From Patescibacteria group bacterium (lineage in GTDB: Bacteria; Patescibacteriota; Minisyncoccia; UBA6257; 2-01-FULL-56-20): a stretch of 64,000 nt of DNA. Made by a program: the position numbers and the translations under genes. How positions within the stretch are numbered: the stretch's first letter is position 1; each line of letters starts with the position of its first letter. Of the stretch, positions 16,654 through 27,639 are shown one piece after another. The notes beneath the pieces are model-generated. The model was not told the DNA's origin, made no database searches, and saw only the letters and a program-made list of their open reading frames with translations. The stretch lies in the NCBI GenBank assembly GCA_024654525.1, contig JANLHI010000022.1, positions 3,931 through 67,930 of the forward strand. Direction: 5' to 3'.

Positions 16654-17427
16654 ATGGTAAATATGAGATATGCGATAAAACTCGTCATAATTGTCATTGT
16701 TGCCGTCAGCGCATATTGGATATTCGGCAAAAGTTTTCATAGTGCAAAAAATACACTCGACTTCCGCAACGCAACATACGTCATAGACAATAATCCCCTG
16801 ACACTTACCAATGGAGTGTCGGAACAGGAAGCGGCGTCCGGCTCCGCAACAAAAGTCACCACTAAAATATTCGGTGAACCAGCATATGGGGACCTGAATA
16901 ACGACAGTATCAATGATGCCGCGCTGATAATGGTGCGTGATGCCGGCGGGAGCGGTACATTTTACTATGCAGTAGCACTTCTTGATGAGAGCGAAAATGC
17001 CGCACAAGGAACCAATGCCGTTCTTCTCGGAGATCGCATTGCACCGCAAAACATTGAAATTTCAAATGGGCAGATTATTGTACATTATGCCGTTCGTGCA
17101 CTCGACGAACCCATGAGTACACAACCTTCACTCGGCATTTCCAAACATCTTCTCATAGACGGAAACACGCTTGAAGAAGGGAAGCGAGTAGTATTCAACT
17201 GCGCCGATGAGAAATCGATAGTCGCGATATTTCATCCCGACAACGACACACAGGTGGAATTAAAGTTAAGTGATGGACGAGAATTAAACGTACCTCATGC
17301 TATTTCCACATCCGGAACACGCTATGCAAATAAAGATGGAAATTTTATATTCTGGAATAAAGGAAATGACGCCACAATACAGGAACATGGCAAAGAGACT
17401 TTCCGTAACTGCACTATTTCACAATAG
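16654..17427 (+). CDS. Membrane-anchored protein with C-terminal MliC-like (lysozyme inhibitor) domain
   Basis: TM helix. C-terminal C..SGTRY..FW.KG.DA..C pattern. Confidence 0.55.
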   Translation: MVNMRYAIKLVIIVIVAVSAYWIFGKSFHSAKNTLDFRNATYVIDNNPLTLTNGVSEQEAASGSATKVTTKIFGEPAYGDLNNDSINDAALIMVRDAGGSGTFYYAVALLDESENAAQGTNAVLLGDRIAPQNIEISNGQIIVHYAVRALDEPMSTQPSLGISKHLLIDGNTLEEGKRVVFNCADEKSIVAIFHPDNDTQVELKLSDGRELNVPHAISTSGTRYANKDGNFIFWNKGNDATIQEHGKETFRNCTISQ

Positions 17428-17460
17428 TTTCGGTACACCGCACGGGAAAAACCATTACCA

Positions 17461-17853
17461 ATGTTTCGTCCTATCACCACATATATTTCCCGCACGACAT
17501 ACACCGCATGCGTAATTTCCGGAAGTCAAAATGGGCAGAAAATAGGATTCCCCACGCTTAACCTTGTCATCCCGAAAAATTTTACCGAACCTCACGGTAT
17601 CTACGCAGGATGGGTATACATAAACACAGTGCGTTATCGGGGCGCATTCCACTACGGTCCCATTCCCGTATTTCAAAAAAAGGATTCGTCACTTGAAGTG
17701 TTTGTTCTTGACGCGAACCTTACATCGCCTCCCGCACAAATTTCATTTGAGCTCGTGGGAAAAATTCGCGCTATCGAGAATTTTACCGACACGGACGCAC
17801 TGAAAGAGCAGATAACACAAGACGTATCCGCGGTACGCATCATACTGCAATAA
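17461..17853 (+). CDS. Riboflavin kinase (monofunctional RibF C-domain-like)
   Basis: GFPTLNL, GIYAG, HYGPIPVF, EVFVLD. Confidence 0.65.
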   Translation: MFRPITTYISRTTYTACVISGSQNGQKIGFPTLNLVIPKNFTEPHGIYAGWVYINTVRYRGAFHYGPIPVFQKKDSSLEVFVLDANLTSPPAQISFELVGKIRAIENFTDTDALKEQITQDVSAVRIILQ

Positions 17854-17887
17854 CATCGCCTCTTCTCCGCATGATACAATACACATA

Positions 17888-19183
17888 TTGAATAATCCGA
17901 TATCGGACAAGGAAAAAAAGAAAAAAATATCCCGAATGTCGCGCATCTGGCGCATGCTCGGACCCGGATTCATAACAGGTGCCGCGGATGACGATCCCTC
18001 GGGAATTGCCACATATTCGCAAACCGGTGCACAGTTCGGATACGGACAACTCTGGATGATACCGCTTCTTTACCCGCTCATGACTGCGGTGCAAGAAGCA
18101 TGCGCCCGCATCGGCGCCGTAACAAAGAAAGGTATTGCCGCGGTAATACGAGAACATTACAGTCGACGCGTACTTGCGGTTGCGGTAACTCTTATTGCCG
18201 TTGCAAATACCGTAAATATCGGCGCAAATCTTGGGGCAATGGCAGAATCCACTCGGCTACTTCTTCCGATTCCGTTTACCGTTGTAATACTTTTCTATAC
18301 CGTAGTAATTCTTTTTCTTGAAATATTTTTGGCATATCCCATATATGCAAAAGTACTTAAATGGCTCGCATTCAGTCTGTTTGTCTATCCCGCCACTTTA
18401 TTTCTTATCCACGCGCCATGGGGAGAAATCATCCGCGCCACTTTTATTCCTCACTGGGAATTTGGATTTGGATTTATATTCATCCTTACCGGAATCATAG
18501 GCACCACCATCTCTCCATACATGTTTTTCTGGCAGGCATCGGAGGAAGTGGAAGAGATACAAGATACGCAACGAACGCGTCTTTCTCAAAAATTTTTCAA
18601 TACGCTCCGCATCGACAATGCCATCGGCATGTTTCTCTCACAACTCATCGCATGGTGCATCATCGTCGTTACCGGAACAGTACTTCATCAAAACGGGGTG
18701 ACTGACATTGCCACCGCCGCCGACGCCGCACGGGCACTTGAACCGCTTGTGCAGACATTCCCTCACTCGGGACTTATTGCACAGCTTATTTTTGCAATAG
18801 GTATCGTAGGACTCGGACTCCTTGCAATTCCTATTCTTGCCGGATCTGCCGCCTACGCCATGGCAGAAGCCTTCAACTGGCGAGAAGGACTTTCACAAAA
18901 ATTCCGCGATGCGCACGGGTTTTACGGAATAATTATAGTCGCAATGATTCTTGGTCTTTGCATTAACTTTATCGGCATCGACCCGATGAAAGCGCTTATT
19001 ATCACCTCCGTTATCAATGGAATATTCGCCATACCCCTTCTTCTCCTTATTGCTTTTATTGCTCGCAGTAAAAAAATAATGGGAGTACATCGAAGCGGTA
19101 TGCTCTCCAATGTATTGCTATGGATTACCATTCTATGCATTATTTTTGCGGCGATTACTATGGTCGTGATGTTCGGAACATAG
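17888..19183 (+). CDS. mntH: NRAMP family divalent metal transporter
   Basis: GPGFITGAADDDPSGIATYSQTGAQFGY signature. Multiple TM helices. Terminator hairpin at 19238..19272. Confidence 0.85.
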   Translation: MNNPISDKEKKKKISRMSRIWRMLGPGFITGAADDDPSGIATYSQTGAQFGYGQLWMIPLLYPLMTAVQEACARIGAVTKKGIAAVIREHYSRRVLAVAVTLIAVANTVNIGANLGAMAESTRLLLPIPFTVVILFYTVVILFLEIFLAYPIYAKVLKWLAFSLFVYPATLFLIHAPWGEIIRATFIPHWEFGFGFIFILTGIIGTTISPYMFFWQASEEVEEIQDTQRTRLSQKFFNTLRIDNAIGMFLSQLIAWCIIVVTGTVLHQNGVTDIATAADAARALEPLVQTFPHSGLIAQLIFAIGIVGLGLLAIPILAGSAAYAMAEAFNWREGLSQKFRDAHGFYGIIIVAMILGLCINFIGIDPMKALIITSVINGIFAIPLLLLIAFIARSKKIMGVHRSGMLSNVLLWITILCIIFAAITMVVMFGT

Positions 19184-19283
19184 TATGATGTGATTTGACG
19201 GATAGGAAACAATCTGATACAATTTTCGTACATATTTCATCGCATCCCGTTGCAGTCTCGTGGGGTGCGATGTCTGTTTTATT

Positions 19284-20414
19284 ATGAAAATACTTACCAA
19301 CGTACACCATCGAGTCTTGGCGGGTATCAATCAAGTGGTCTCTTCTTTTGCGTCATATACACAACGCCAATCCTCTCCCGTTGAACTCGTAGGTGTGGTG
19401 CTTGAATCGGATTCCCGCATATCATCGAAAAACTCGAAGAAATCTTCCATTCCTTGCATTACTCTGCGTACACCACAACCTGATTTCTCGGATCTTCTTG
19501 CGCGCAGTGAAAGCCTCGAGGACTTCGCGGAAGGGTTTCGTCCTATTATAGAAATGTATATGGATGTTATTCGCACCTCGCGTCCCGACGTAGTTCTCTT
19601 GAATGGAACATACTACCTTCCATGGTGTCTTATGACTGCGGCCGCGGCATCAAAAACGCCGATGATACTTCATTATCACGGATCCATCACTAAAGAAACC
19701 GAATATTGGAGGGAATCAGAAAGGCGCGAACTCATGCGGTCTATGGAACGTTCTTTCCTTCGTCCCGGTATGAGATATATTTTCCCTTCCGCGCACGCGA
19801 AGCAGGTAGTGGAAGAAGATGTTCACGGCACACCACTTCCCGACTCTATAATAATTCCCAATCCTATCCCAAAACAATTTTTTAAGGCAACATCCGTAAA
19901 AAGTAAGAAAAATGTGGGGGTGGTAAGCCGTTGGGCGCAAATAAAAAATATTGATTTTGTAAAAAAGTTTGCGAAGCTCAATGCTCGCCGGGGAGCTCCG
20001 CTTATTATCAGTGCGATCACCGACCTTGCCAATTCGGCCCCCATTCGGCAAGAGCTCGAAGGATTGGTGAAATTTCTCCGTCCGCGTACCAATGAAAGAC
20101 TTGCCGAATTTTATGCACGCATGGCAATTGTTCTTTGTCCTTCTCACTTTGAAACATATGGCAACGTAGCCCAGGAATCCGTAGCAACCGGAACTCCCGC
20201 GTTAGTAAATCGCAACATGGGAGTTGCGGAAATATTTCAACGCATCGGACTTGATCGTTTGGTAGTGGATTTTGCCTCCACCGCCACCATCCATGACACT
20301 GTTGAAGACGTTGCAAAACAAGCAATAAGCAACGAAGAACGCAGGAATCTTGAGAATGAAGCGGGAGCAGAAGCCATACACAAACGTCTCATGTCCTACT
20401 TTACATCAAGGTAA
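19284..20414 (+). CDS. Glycosyltransferase, GT-B fold (GT4-like)
   Basis: FETYGNVAQESVATGTPAL (EX7E). Start chosen at MKILTN, after the upstream terminator. The ORF track start is at 19260. Confidence 0.7.
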   Translation: MKILTNVHHRVLAGINQVVSSFASYTQRQSSPVELVGVVLESDSRISSKNSKKSSIPCITLRTPQPDFSDLLARSESLEDFAEGFRPIIEMYMDVIRTSRPDVVLLNGTYYLPWCLMTAAAASKTPMILHYHGSITKETEYWRESERRELMRSMERSFLRPGMRYIFPSAHAKQVVEEDVHGTPLPDSIIIPNPIPKQFFKATSVKSKKNVGVVSRWAQIKNIDFVKKFAKLNARRGAPLIISAITDLANSAPIRQELEGLVKFLRPRTNERLAEFYARMAIVLCPSHFETYGNVAQESVATGTPALVNRNMGVAEIFQRIGLDRLVVDFASTATIHDTVEDVAKQAISNEERRNLENEAGAEAIHKRLMSYFTSR

Positions 20415-23086
20415 GATTCCCTCCTCATAAATACAGATCTCACTATCCATTTTCTTCCCTCCTCGAACACAAGGAGTGTGCCCGCCATTATTACAATAAC
20501 CGTCCACTCTGTTGCGCCAAGTGGAACCGTGTGAAGTAATTTTTGAAACGTCGGATGATAAATGGCGACAAGCTGGAGCGCAATAGTGCTTACTGTAGCT
20601 CCCACGAGAAAACGATTTTCAAAAAAACCGGAGAACGCTGAACGATGCGTGCTTCTGCAATTCCATGCGTTAAACCACTGGAATACTGCAAGCGTAGTGA
20701 GCGACACGGTGAGCGCTTTTGCGGAATCGAACTTAAGATAACTCGAGAAAATAAGGAGTGTGCCTCCGGCGATAATCACTCCCATAAATACCATTCGCAA
20801 CGCCGCATGCTTATCAAGTATAAAACGCGATGGCTTACGGAAACCGCGCACAAGTAGATTTTTTTCTTTGGGTTCCATTGCAAGCGCGACATCAAGGAAT
20901 CCATCGGTAACAAGATTTAACCAAATAATCTGCGCGGGGAGAATCGGCAACGGTAATTGAAGTGCAAGCGATCCTATAATTACCAATACCTCCCCCGTGC
21001 TTGTAGAGAAAAGGTAGAGTACCACTTTCTGTATCGTTCGATATATGCTTCGTCCTTCTTCTACGGCTGAAATAATATTTCCAAAATTATCGTCCAGAAG
21101 CACAAGATCAGATGCCTCCTTCGCAACTTCCGTACCTATGATTCCCATTGCAACGCCAAGATCCGCAGCGGCAAGCGAAGGCGCGTCGTTTACCCCATCT
21201 CCGGTCATCGCTATAATTTCTCCTCTCTTTTTAAAAATTTCTATGATGCGCAATTTTTGCCCCGGCGTTACGCGCGCGAATACACTTACCGTATCAAAGC
21301 GCCGTAAAAGCTCCTCCTCGGGAAGTTCATCCAGTTCTTTTCCGGTAAGTACTTCTTCCCCAGACTTAAGTATCCCCGCTTCTTTTGCAATAGCATGTGC
21401 GGTTATTTTATGATCTCCCGTAATCATCACTACACGAATCCCCGCATGTTCGGCGCGAAGCACCGCATCTTTTACCGACTCCCGCAGTGGATCACGCATC
21501 GCGAAAAATCCCACGAACACAAGCGGAGGCACTACACCGTTTTCTATATTTAACATTGCACGTTCACGCATTGCGCACGCAAGTACTCGATATCCTTCTC
21601 CGGAAAGTTTTGCGAATGTATTTTCTATAGTTTCCCGTTCTTTTACGCCTATCTTTTTAGCCCCTTCCTCGGTCCATATCCGATTAGAAAGTTCCAATAC
21701 CTGCTCGGGAGCCCCTACTACCGTCAGTAAGTTTTTTTTGTTCCACTCGTGGATCGTAAGGTGATATTTGGTCGAATAATCGAAAGGTATCTCAAAACGA
21801 AGATGGGCCTCTTCTTCTATATCCTTGTACCCTATTTTTTTTCCGAACACTCCAAGCGCCGCTTCCGTAGGATCCCCGGATACTTTCCATAGTTTTTCCG
21901 ACTCGACATACATCGCCGTTGCATTTGTACAAAGTGAAGCGATACGCCCCATAAGCATCAACGAAGGATGGTTTAGCGGCTCAAGGATTTCTCCATCACG
22001 CGATACGTCTCCTTCGGGTTCATATCCGTTTCCCGTAATATGGTAGGTAATTCCGTCTATGTGAACTTTTTCAATCACCAATTCATTTTTCGTCAAAGTC
22101 CCCGTTTTATCGACTGCAATGATTTTTGCTTGCCCCAGTCCTTCTACCGCTTGAAGTTTCTTTACCAGTACCTGTCGCTTTGACATACGCCACACACCCG
22201 ACGCAAGCACTAATGTAAGCACGATGGGAAGTCCTTCGGGGATAACGGAAACCGCAAGCGATACCACCGTCGCAAGCATCTGCGCCGCGGATTCTCCCCT
22301 CCACACACCAAACCAAAACAGCGCGACACTGAGTACAAACACCGCAATAATAATAGAGTTGGAAAGTGATGCAACATTTCTCTTAAGAGGTACGTCGGTA
22401 TTGACAGAAACTATTTCTTTGGAAATCTTTCCTATTTCCGTGGAAATTCCTGTCGCCACCACTACCGCCTTCCCCATGCCCGCAACCACATTGGTGCCTC
22501 TCCATACCATGTTGCGGCGATCCGAAACAGACGCCGTTGAATTTGAGAGCGTATCCGAAACTTTACCGACAGGAACCGACTCCCCTGTAAGAGTAGATTC
22601 GTCTACGCGCAATGATTTCTCGAAAAAAATTCGAGCATCGGCAGGAACTTTTTCTCCTTCGTGAAGCACAATTACATCACCGGGAACTGTTTCGCTGTCC
22701 GAAATAATATATACCTTTCCCTCACGCACCACCGTTGCGGATCCGCGAATATATTGTCGCAATGCACGAAGCGTATTTTGCGCCTTTCCTTCCTGAATTG
22801 ACCCTACTACGGCATTGAAAACAAGCACTACGCCGATAATTATCGCGTCTGCCGTCTCTCCAATATATAAAACCACCAATGCCGCGGCTAAAAGAATATA
22901 GATGAGAGGACTTGCAAATTGAGCGAAGAAAATACTTACCAGCCCGCGCGCTCGCGGCTCGGGTAAGGCATTCGGTCCTACTTTTTTTATGCGTTCATCA
23001 ACTTCGCTCGCATCAAGCCCTGATTCGCGTGAATGCAATTCTTCAAATACTTTTTCAAACGAATAGGTATGCCATGAATCACTCAT
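20396..23086 (-). CDS. P-type ATPase, type IIA-like (Ca2+/cation)
   Basis: DKTGTLT, TGES, MTGDGVNDAPSL. 896 aa. Confidence 0.9.
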   Translation of the reverse strand: MSDSWHTYSFEKVFEELHSRESGLDASEVDERIKKVGPNALPEPRARGLVSIFFAQFASPLIYILLAAALVVLYIGETADAIIIGVVLVFNAVVGSIQEGKAQNTLRALRQYIRGSATVVREGKVYIISDSETVPGDVIVLHEGEKVPADARIFFEKSLRVDESTLTGESVPVGKVSDTLSNSTASVSDRRNMVWRGTNVVAGMGKAVVVATGISTEIGKISKEIVSVNTDVPLKRNVASLSNSIIIAVFVLSVALFWFGVWRGESAAQMLATVVSLAVSVIPEGLPIVLTLVLASGVWRMSKRQVLVKKLQAVEGLGQAKIIAVDKTGTLTKNELVIEKVHIDGITYHITGNGYEPEGDVSRDGEILEPLNHPSLMLMGRIASLCTNATAMYVESEKLWKVSGDPTEAALGVFGKKIGYKDIEEEAHLRFEIPFDYSTKYHLTIHEWNKKNLLTVVGAPEQVLELSNRIWTEEGAKKIGVKERETIENTFAKLSGEGYRVLACAMRERAMLNIENGVVPPLVFVGFFAMRDPLRESVKDAVLRAEHAGIRVVMITGDHKITAHAIAKEAGILKSGEEVLTGKELDELPEEELLRRFDTVSVFARVTPGQKLRIIEIFKKRGEIIAMTGDGVNDAPSLAAADLGVAMGIIGTEVAKEASDLVLLDDNFGNIISAVEEGRSIYRTIQKVVLYLFSTSTGEVLVIIGSLALQLPLPILPAQIIWLNLVTDGFLDVALAMEPKEKNLLVRGFRKPSRFILDKHAALRMVFMGVIIAGGTLLIFSSYLKFDSAKALTVSLTTLAVFQWFNAWNCRSTHRSAFSGFFENRFLVGATVSTIALQLVAIYHPTFQKLLHTVPLGATEWTVIVIMAGTLLVFEEGRKWIVRSVFMRRESYLDVK

Positions 23087-23096
23087 ATATCCGTAA

Positions 23097-23864
23097 TTAC
23101 CTTATAATAATAAGAAACAAGACCACGAGCGCGATACGATAGACACCGAACACTGCAAGTGAATGTTTCCGAATATATTCCAAAAGAAATCTAATACTTA
23201 TGATGGCAGTGACAAAGGACACTACGGATCCAATAGTAAGTATGTGCATATCCGAAAATGAAAAGGTGTGAATATTTTTTACCAAATCAAAACCTGTCGC
23301 CGCAAGCATAGTGGGAACCGCAAGAAGAAAGGAAAACTCCACTATCGCTTCGCGACGCACACCAAGAATCATCCCTCCTACAATCGTTGCCGCCGCACGG
23401 GAAACACCGGGGATCATTGCAATCGCCTGAAAAAACCCGATTCCTACTGCGGCACGATAGCTGATATCATTTATATTTTCTACCGTTTTCCTCCCTGCAA
23501 AAAAACGTTCAAACACAATAAGCAATACCCCTCCTATTGCAAGTGCCCAAAGCACCACCTCGGTATTTCCGATAAGATATGTTTTTACGATTTTATAAAA
23601 TATCAAACCGAGTACTCCGGTAGGAATAAATGCAATTATTATCTTTTTAAGCAATGCGCGATTACATAATTCTCGCCAAAACAATACAATAACCGCCGCG
23701 ATTGCTCCGCTTTGAATTGCAATTTCGAACGTTTTTGTAAAGTCAGACTGTACAATCCCCAATATATCGGAAACAAGTATCAAGTGAGCCGTGGATGAAA
23801 TCGGAAGAAATTCCGTAAACCCTTCCACAATTCCCAATAACAACGCCGAAAATCCTGAAATCAT
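23097..23864 (-). CDS. uppP: Undecaprenyl-diphosphatase
   Basis: N-terminal EGFTEFLPISSTAHL. 255 aa, polytopic. Confidence 0.9.
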   Translation of the reverse strand: MISGFSALLLGIVEGFTEFLPISSTAHLILVSDILGIVQSDFTKTFEIAIQSGAIAAVIVLFWRELCNRALLKKIIIAFIPTGVLGLIFYKIVKTYLIGNTEVVLWALAIGGVLLIVFERFFAGRKTVENINDISYRAAVGIGFFQAIAMIPGVSRAAATIVGGMILGVRREAIVEFSFLLAVPTMLAATGFDLVKNIHTFSFSDMHILTIGSVVSFVTAIISIRFLLEYIRKHSLAVFGVYRIALVVLFLIIIR

Positions 23865-23989
23865 ATTCTGATTCTACCATACGTTCCATTATTATTGATT
23901 TTATTCCGTCACTCTCAACGTAGTAGAAAAACCCTTCTTATAAAAAAGAAAGTTCTCGGAAACCACATTCACGCATATCGTATTAATCC

Positions 23990-25030
23990 TTATTTTTTAG
24001 TACTACTCGCCGTAGCGGATGTAGAAGTAGCAACATCAGGGACATTCTCGGAGGAAGTTTTTTGAAGAGTTTCCGCGATACCCATTTTCCATTTTCCATC
24101 CTCCTGTATAAATACCATCTTTGCGGTACTTGACGATCCATTTTCCTGTATGGATGCAATACTCAAAATCACGGTGTCGGCCTCTTTTTCGGCATCAATC
24201 ACTACAAGGTCTTTATACCACACTGGTTGCCACTCCGATGATGACGCGACGGTCGCAAGAGTTTGGGCGCTTAAATATTGACGCTCTGACGCAACATCTT
24301 TTGCAATATGCGCTTCTCTAATTAATTGAAACGCTTCTTTCGCGCCTGTAATATCCGAGTCTTCCACGGGAACTTGGACGACGTTATTACTTTCATTTTT
24401 AGTACTCGTTGTGGAAGCGGGCTGATTTTCTTGATTTTGCGTTTCGGAAGGTACAACTGCGGGTTCCTCGTTGCTTTTTATATACCAATACCCGGCCGCG
24501 ATAACCGCGATAATAAGCGCAATAAGCCCCGCGATAAGAGGAATATTATTATGAGAAACGGGAGCTTTTGCTTTTTGTTCAGATTCTTGATTATTTATGG
24601 AAACAATTTCAGGGGAAGAAGCTTCTGGCTCGGTTGGAATCTGGAGGGAGTCGTTGGAGGTAGCAGAAGAAACTGGAGAAGCGGAATCAACCGGTGAGGG
24701 TTTTGCCGAAATAGCCGGAAAATCAACCGATTTCTTCTGGCTTTCAGGAGAAACCGTGGGCTGAGAAGGCTGGGGAGAAGTAACTATTGCCGAAGGATCA
24801 GCCACTGCGGGAAGATTTACCGGTTCTGAAACAGGAGAAGTAGCAACAGCCGGAGCACTTTGCTCTTGTGGAACAGAAGGAATTTCTGCCGGTGTCGCAC
24901 TGCTCTGTATCGCTTCTTTCACATCCGCCTCCGGCCATCCAGCTTTAAGAAGCGCATCGGAGATATCCTCAATCTTCACACCCCTCTCTAACTGAGACTT
25001 AATATAAGAAAGTATTTGTTTGTCAGCCAT
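23990..25030 (-). CDS. Hypothetical single-pass membrane protein with P/S/T-rich linker
   Basis: ORF track. TM at IPLIAGLIALIIAVIAAGYWYI. Confidence 0.5.
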   Translation of the reverse strand: MADKQILSYIKSQLERGVKIEDISDALLKAGWPEADVKEAIQSSATPAEIPSVPQEQSAPAVATSPVSEPVNLPAVADPSAIVTSPQPSQPTVSPESQKKSVDFPAISAKPSPVDSASPVSSATSNDSLQIPTEPEASSPEIVSINNQESEQKAKAPVSHNNIPLIAGLIALIIAVIAAGYWYIKSNEEPAVVPSETQNQENQPASTTSTKNESNNVVQVPVEDSDITGAKEAFQLIREAHIAKDVASERQYLSAQTLATVASSSEWQPVWYKDLVVIDAEKEADTVILSIASIQENGSSSTAKMVFIQEDGKWKMGIAETLQKTSSENVPDVATSTSATASSTKK

Positions 25031-25112
25031 TGCAAATAATTATATCAATAATCACAGATGATGCTAGAATACTTATCAACATGGACATTGCGTCTTCAAA
25101 AGATATTTTTCT

Positions 25113-25331
25113 ATGAAAATAACTGTTCGCGCAAAGCCGAGTGCAAAAACCACTTTCGTTGAAAAGATAGACGAAAAAACTTTTATCATATCCGTCGTTG
25201 AACCCTCACGGGAAAATAAAGCCAACTTTGCGATAATAAAAGCTCTCGCGGAATACTTCAACACTTCCTTTTCTCGCATACGACTCGTGTCGGGGCGCAC
25301 CGCAAAACAGAAAACATTCGAAATTACTTAA
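25113..25331 (+). CDS. DUF167 (YggU-like) protein
   Basis: VRAKPSAK..VVEPSRENKAN..L..YF..SFSRIRLVSGRTAKQK pattern. Confidence 0.6.
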   Translation: MKITVRAKPSAKTTFVEKIDEKTFIISVVEPSRENKANFAIIKALAEYFNTSFSRIRLVSGRTAKQKTFEIT

Positions 25332-25357
25332 GTTATTTATTGCCATATTACTAAATC

Positions 25358-25690
25358 ATGTTTTCAGGACTCACCAATCTTCATAAAAAAAGGAGGGATT
25401 CCACCGCAAGCACTCGTTCGAAACTTCCTCTCGTATGGAAACTTATCATCGATGAACTGGCGATAGTGGTAGGCGTTGTGGTGGCGCTTTTCAATATTCC
25501 TCAACTTATTACCATTTGGGCAAACCACGATATCAGCGGCGTATCGCTTACTTCATGGACGGGATTTTTCTTCGGCTCTATATTTTGGCTTTATTACGCG
25601 ATTCTCCATAAGGAAAAAGTTCTTGTACTTACCTTTAGCATTAACCTTCTTGCCCATGCGTTCATCGTATTGGGCATCCTTGTACATTAA
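25358..25690 (+). CDS. PQ-loop / SemiSWEET-like small membrane protein
   Basis: Three predicted TM helices with a PQ motif (NIPQLITIW). About 100 aa. Confidence 0.5.
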   Translation: MFSGLTNLHKKRRDSTASTRSKLPLVWKLIIDELAIVVGVVVALFNIPQLITIWANHDISGVSLTSWTGFFFGSIFWLYYAILHKEKVLVLTFSINLLAHAFIVLGILVH

Positions 25691-25844
25691 ACATATCTCA
25701 TGGGAAGCACGACATACTGCCCTTCGCCAAAGCGCGAATGACCCGCAACTGCAAATAGCAAAAGATGCGGCGGCATTCCTTCAAATATGTACTCGCGTCG
25801 TGGATTCTCTCACGCTCCTCGGCACGTTTATCCTTGTACGACAC

Positions 25845-26951
25845 TCAATCAGATTGGAGAAGCGCGAGCATCACGCGGCTCACCTCACATAAATCCCGAA
25901 CAGTAATCGCTTCCTCTGCAGTATGGATGTTGACGGCTCCATACCCCAAATTCAGCACTTCAAGTCCGCGAGCGCGGAAAATACAATTGTCGGCGCATCC
26001 CCATGTTTTTTTGAAACACGGCACAATACCGATTCTCTGAATGCGTTCTTGCGTCGCATTCAGAAACGCATTATCCATGGTAAGCGAGTATCCGTCATTC
26101 TCCCTCACCGCCTCAACTGCCGCGCCACCTCCTGCGTGCGCCGCGGCATCCTGAAAAATATTCCGCACCGCCACAGTGTGCGTTTCAACTTTCTCTTCGG
26201 AATAGCTTCGCAATTCGCATTGCAGGTCGATTCGGTCGGGAACTGAATTTCGCGCTTCGCCTCCCCGTATCATGCCAATGTTAAAAATGGACTCGTCATC
26301 AAGACCTCCAAGCGTTATTTTTGAAAGTGCCGCGTTCAATATTCCTATGGGATTTATTCCTTCTTCCGGGCGCGATGCATGCGTCGCGCGCCCATGGAGC
26401 GCCACATCAATCCTGTTGTAAAACGGTGCGGCAATAATAATCGTTCCCACGGGCTGTCCGGAATCAAAACAAAATCCTTTCTTTGCATGTATCAGCGAGT
26501 ATTCAAGATTGAGTGCCCCATAATTTCCCGTTTCTTCGGAACGCGTGAATATTGCTTCGACCGGCGCGTGGGACACATCACGCTTGCAGAGTACCGTGAA
26601 TACCTCCAAAATTGCCGCGACTGCGGCTTTATTATCGGCTCCGAGAATCGTTTCGCCCGCGCTGCGAATAACGCCGTTCTCCACTACTGGTTGCACTCCT
26701 CTCCCCGGCTCCACCGTGTCGAGATGCGCGCAGAGCATGCGCGGTTCTCCTTTTCCTTCTATGCGCGCAATCACGTTGCCGTAATTATCCCGTTGGTGCG
26801 AAATTTTTAACGCATCCAACACACGCTCTATATGCGCGGCAATATTCCCTTCCTCGCCGGAAGGACTGTCAATCCGTACTAAATCCATAAATGTATTGGT
26901 AATCCGTTGTTCATTCATCATAGTTTTGAATATATTGTAATTGATAATCAA
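25845..26951 (-). CDS. M20 family metallopeptidase (peptidase T-like)
   Basis: AHLDTV, GADNKAA. 368 aa. Likely true start MMNEQ at 26921. Confidence 0.75.
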   Translation of the reverse strand: MIINYNIFKTMMNEQRITNTFMDLVRIDSPSGEEGNIAAHIERVLDALKISHQRDNYGNVIARIEGKGEPRMLCAHLDTVEPGRGVQPVVENGVIRSAGETILGADNKAAVAAILEVFTVLCKRDVSHAPVEAIFTRSEETGNYGALNLEYSLIHAKKGFCFDSGQPVGTIIIAAPFYNRIDVALHGRATHASRPEEGINPIGILNAALSKITLGGLDDESIFNIGMIRGGEARNSVPDRIDLQCELRSYSEEKVETHTVAVRNIFQDAAAHAGGGAAVEAVRENDGYSLTMDNAFLNATQERIQRIGIVPCFKKTWGCADNCIFRARGLEVLNLGYGAVNIHTAEEAITVRDLCEVSRVMLALLQSD

Positions 26952-27012
26952 TAATAATGGTGCGGGAAGTGGATTTAAACCACCTCCCGCCTATCGCGTT
27001 ATACACTTCACC

Positions 27013-27639
27013 TTATAGACCATGCCGCGCTGCTGTTTCGGGAGTGATTCTGAAATAACATATTCCCGAATCCCTTTTTGCTTCGCCGAATGCGAGAGAG
27101 CAGTATTCCGCATTGGGAGCGCCCATCTTTTTTACAGAACACGTACAGCTCGCACGCCATGCCTCGCTCGGAAGGCGCCTTCGCGGAACTTCCATAAAGT
27201 TGAGATCTTCCCCTACTCGTCGGGATATGGGATTAGTCGTGGTCGCCAGTATATCTTTCTCCGTATGTCTGGGAAGAAACACGGAGTACATTGCGTGATT
27301 CGCACCTTTCCCTCGATATTCCGGGAATACATAGGTACTTCCAAGCTCAAACCAATTTCCGGTCAGAGGTATCAGACGCGCATGACACACCACTTCTCCA
27401 ATCGCCGTAAATCCTATTACGGAAAGCCCCTTCATAAAACTGGCGCGCACGCTCTCGAACATGACACCGAGAAGATGCGGTTCTCGCGAGAATGCGTCAA
27501 CTATTTTTCTCAGTGCGCCATTCAGATCAAAACCGTACCGTTCAATACCTGACATATCGAGACACCAGCGTATTGCTATCGGGGGCTTATTCCCCTCTAT
27601 GCATTTTCTTTTCACATCACCGCCTTTGCTCTCTTTCAT
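27013..27639 (-). CDS. GNAT family N-acetyltransferase with C-terminal Cys cluster
   Basis: VFPEYRGKGANHAM acetyl-CoA motif. RBS AAAGGA 7 nt before ATG 27639. Confidence 0.5.
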   Translation of the reverse strand: MKESKGGDVKRKCIEGNKPPIAIRWCLDMSGIERYGFDLNGALRKIVDAFSREPHLLGVMFESVRASFMKGLSVIGFTAIGEVVCHARLIPLTGNWFELGSTYVFPEYRGKGANHAMYSVFLPRHTEKDILATTTNPISRRVGEDLNFMEVPRRRLPSEAWRASCTCSVKKMGAPNAEYCSLAFGEAKRDSGICYFRITPETAARHGL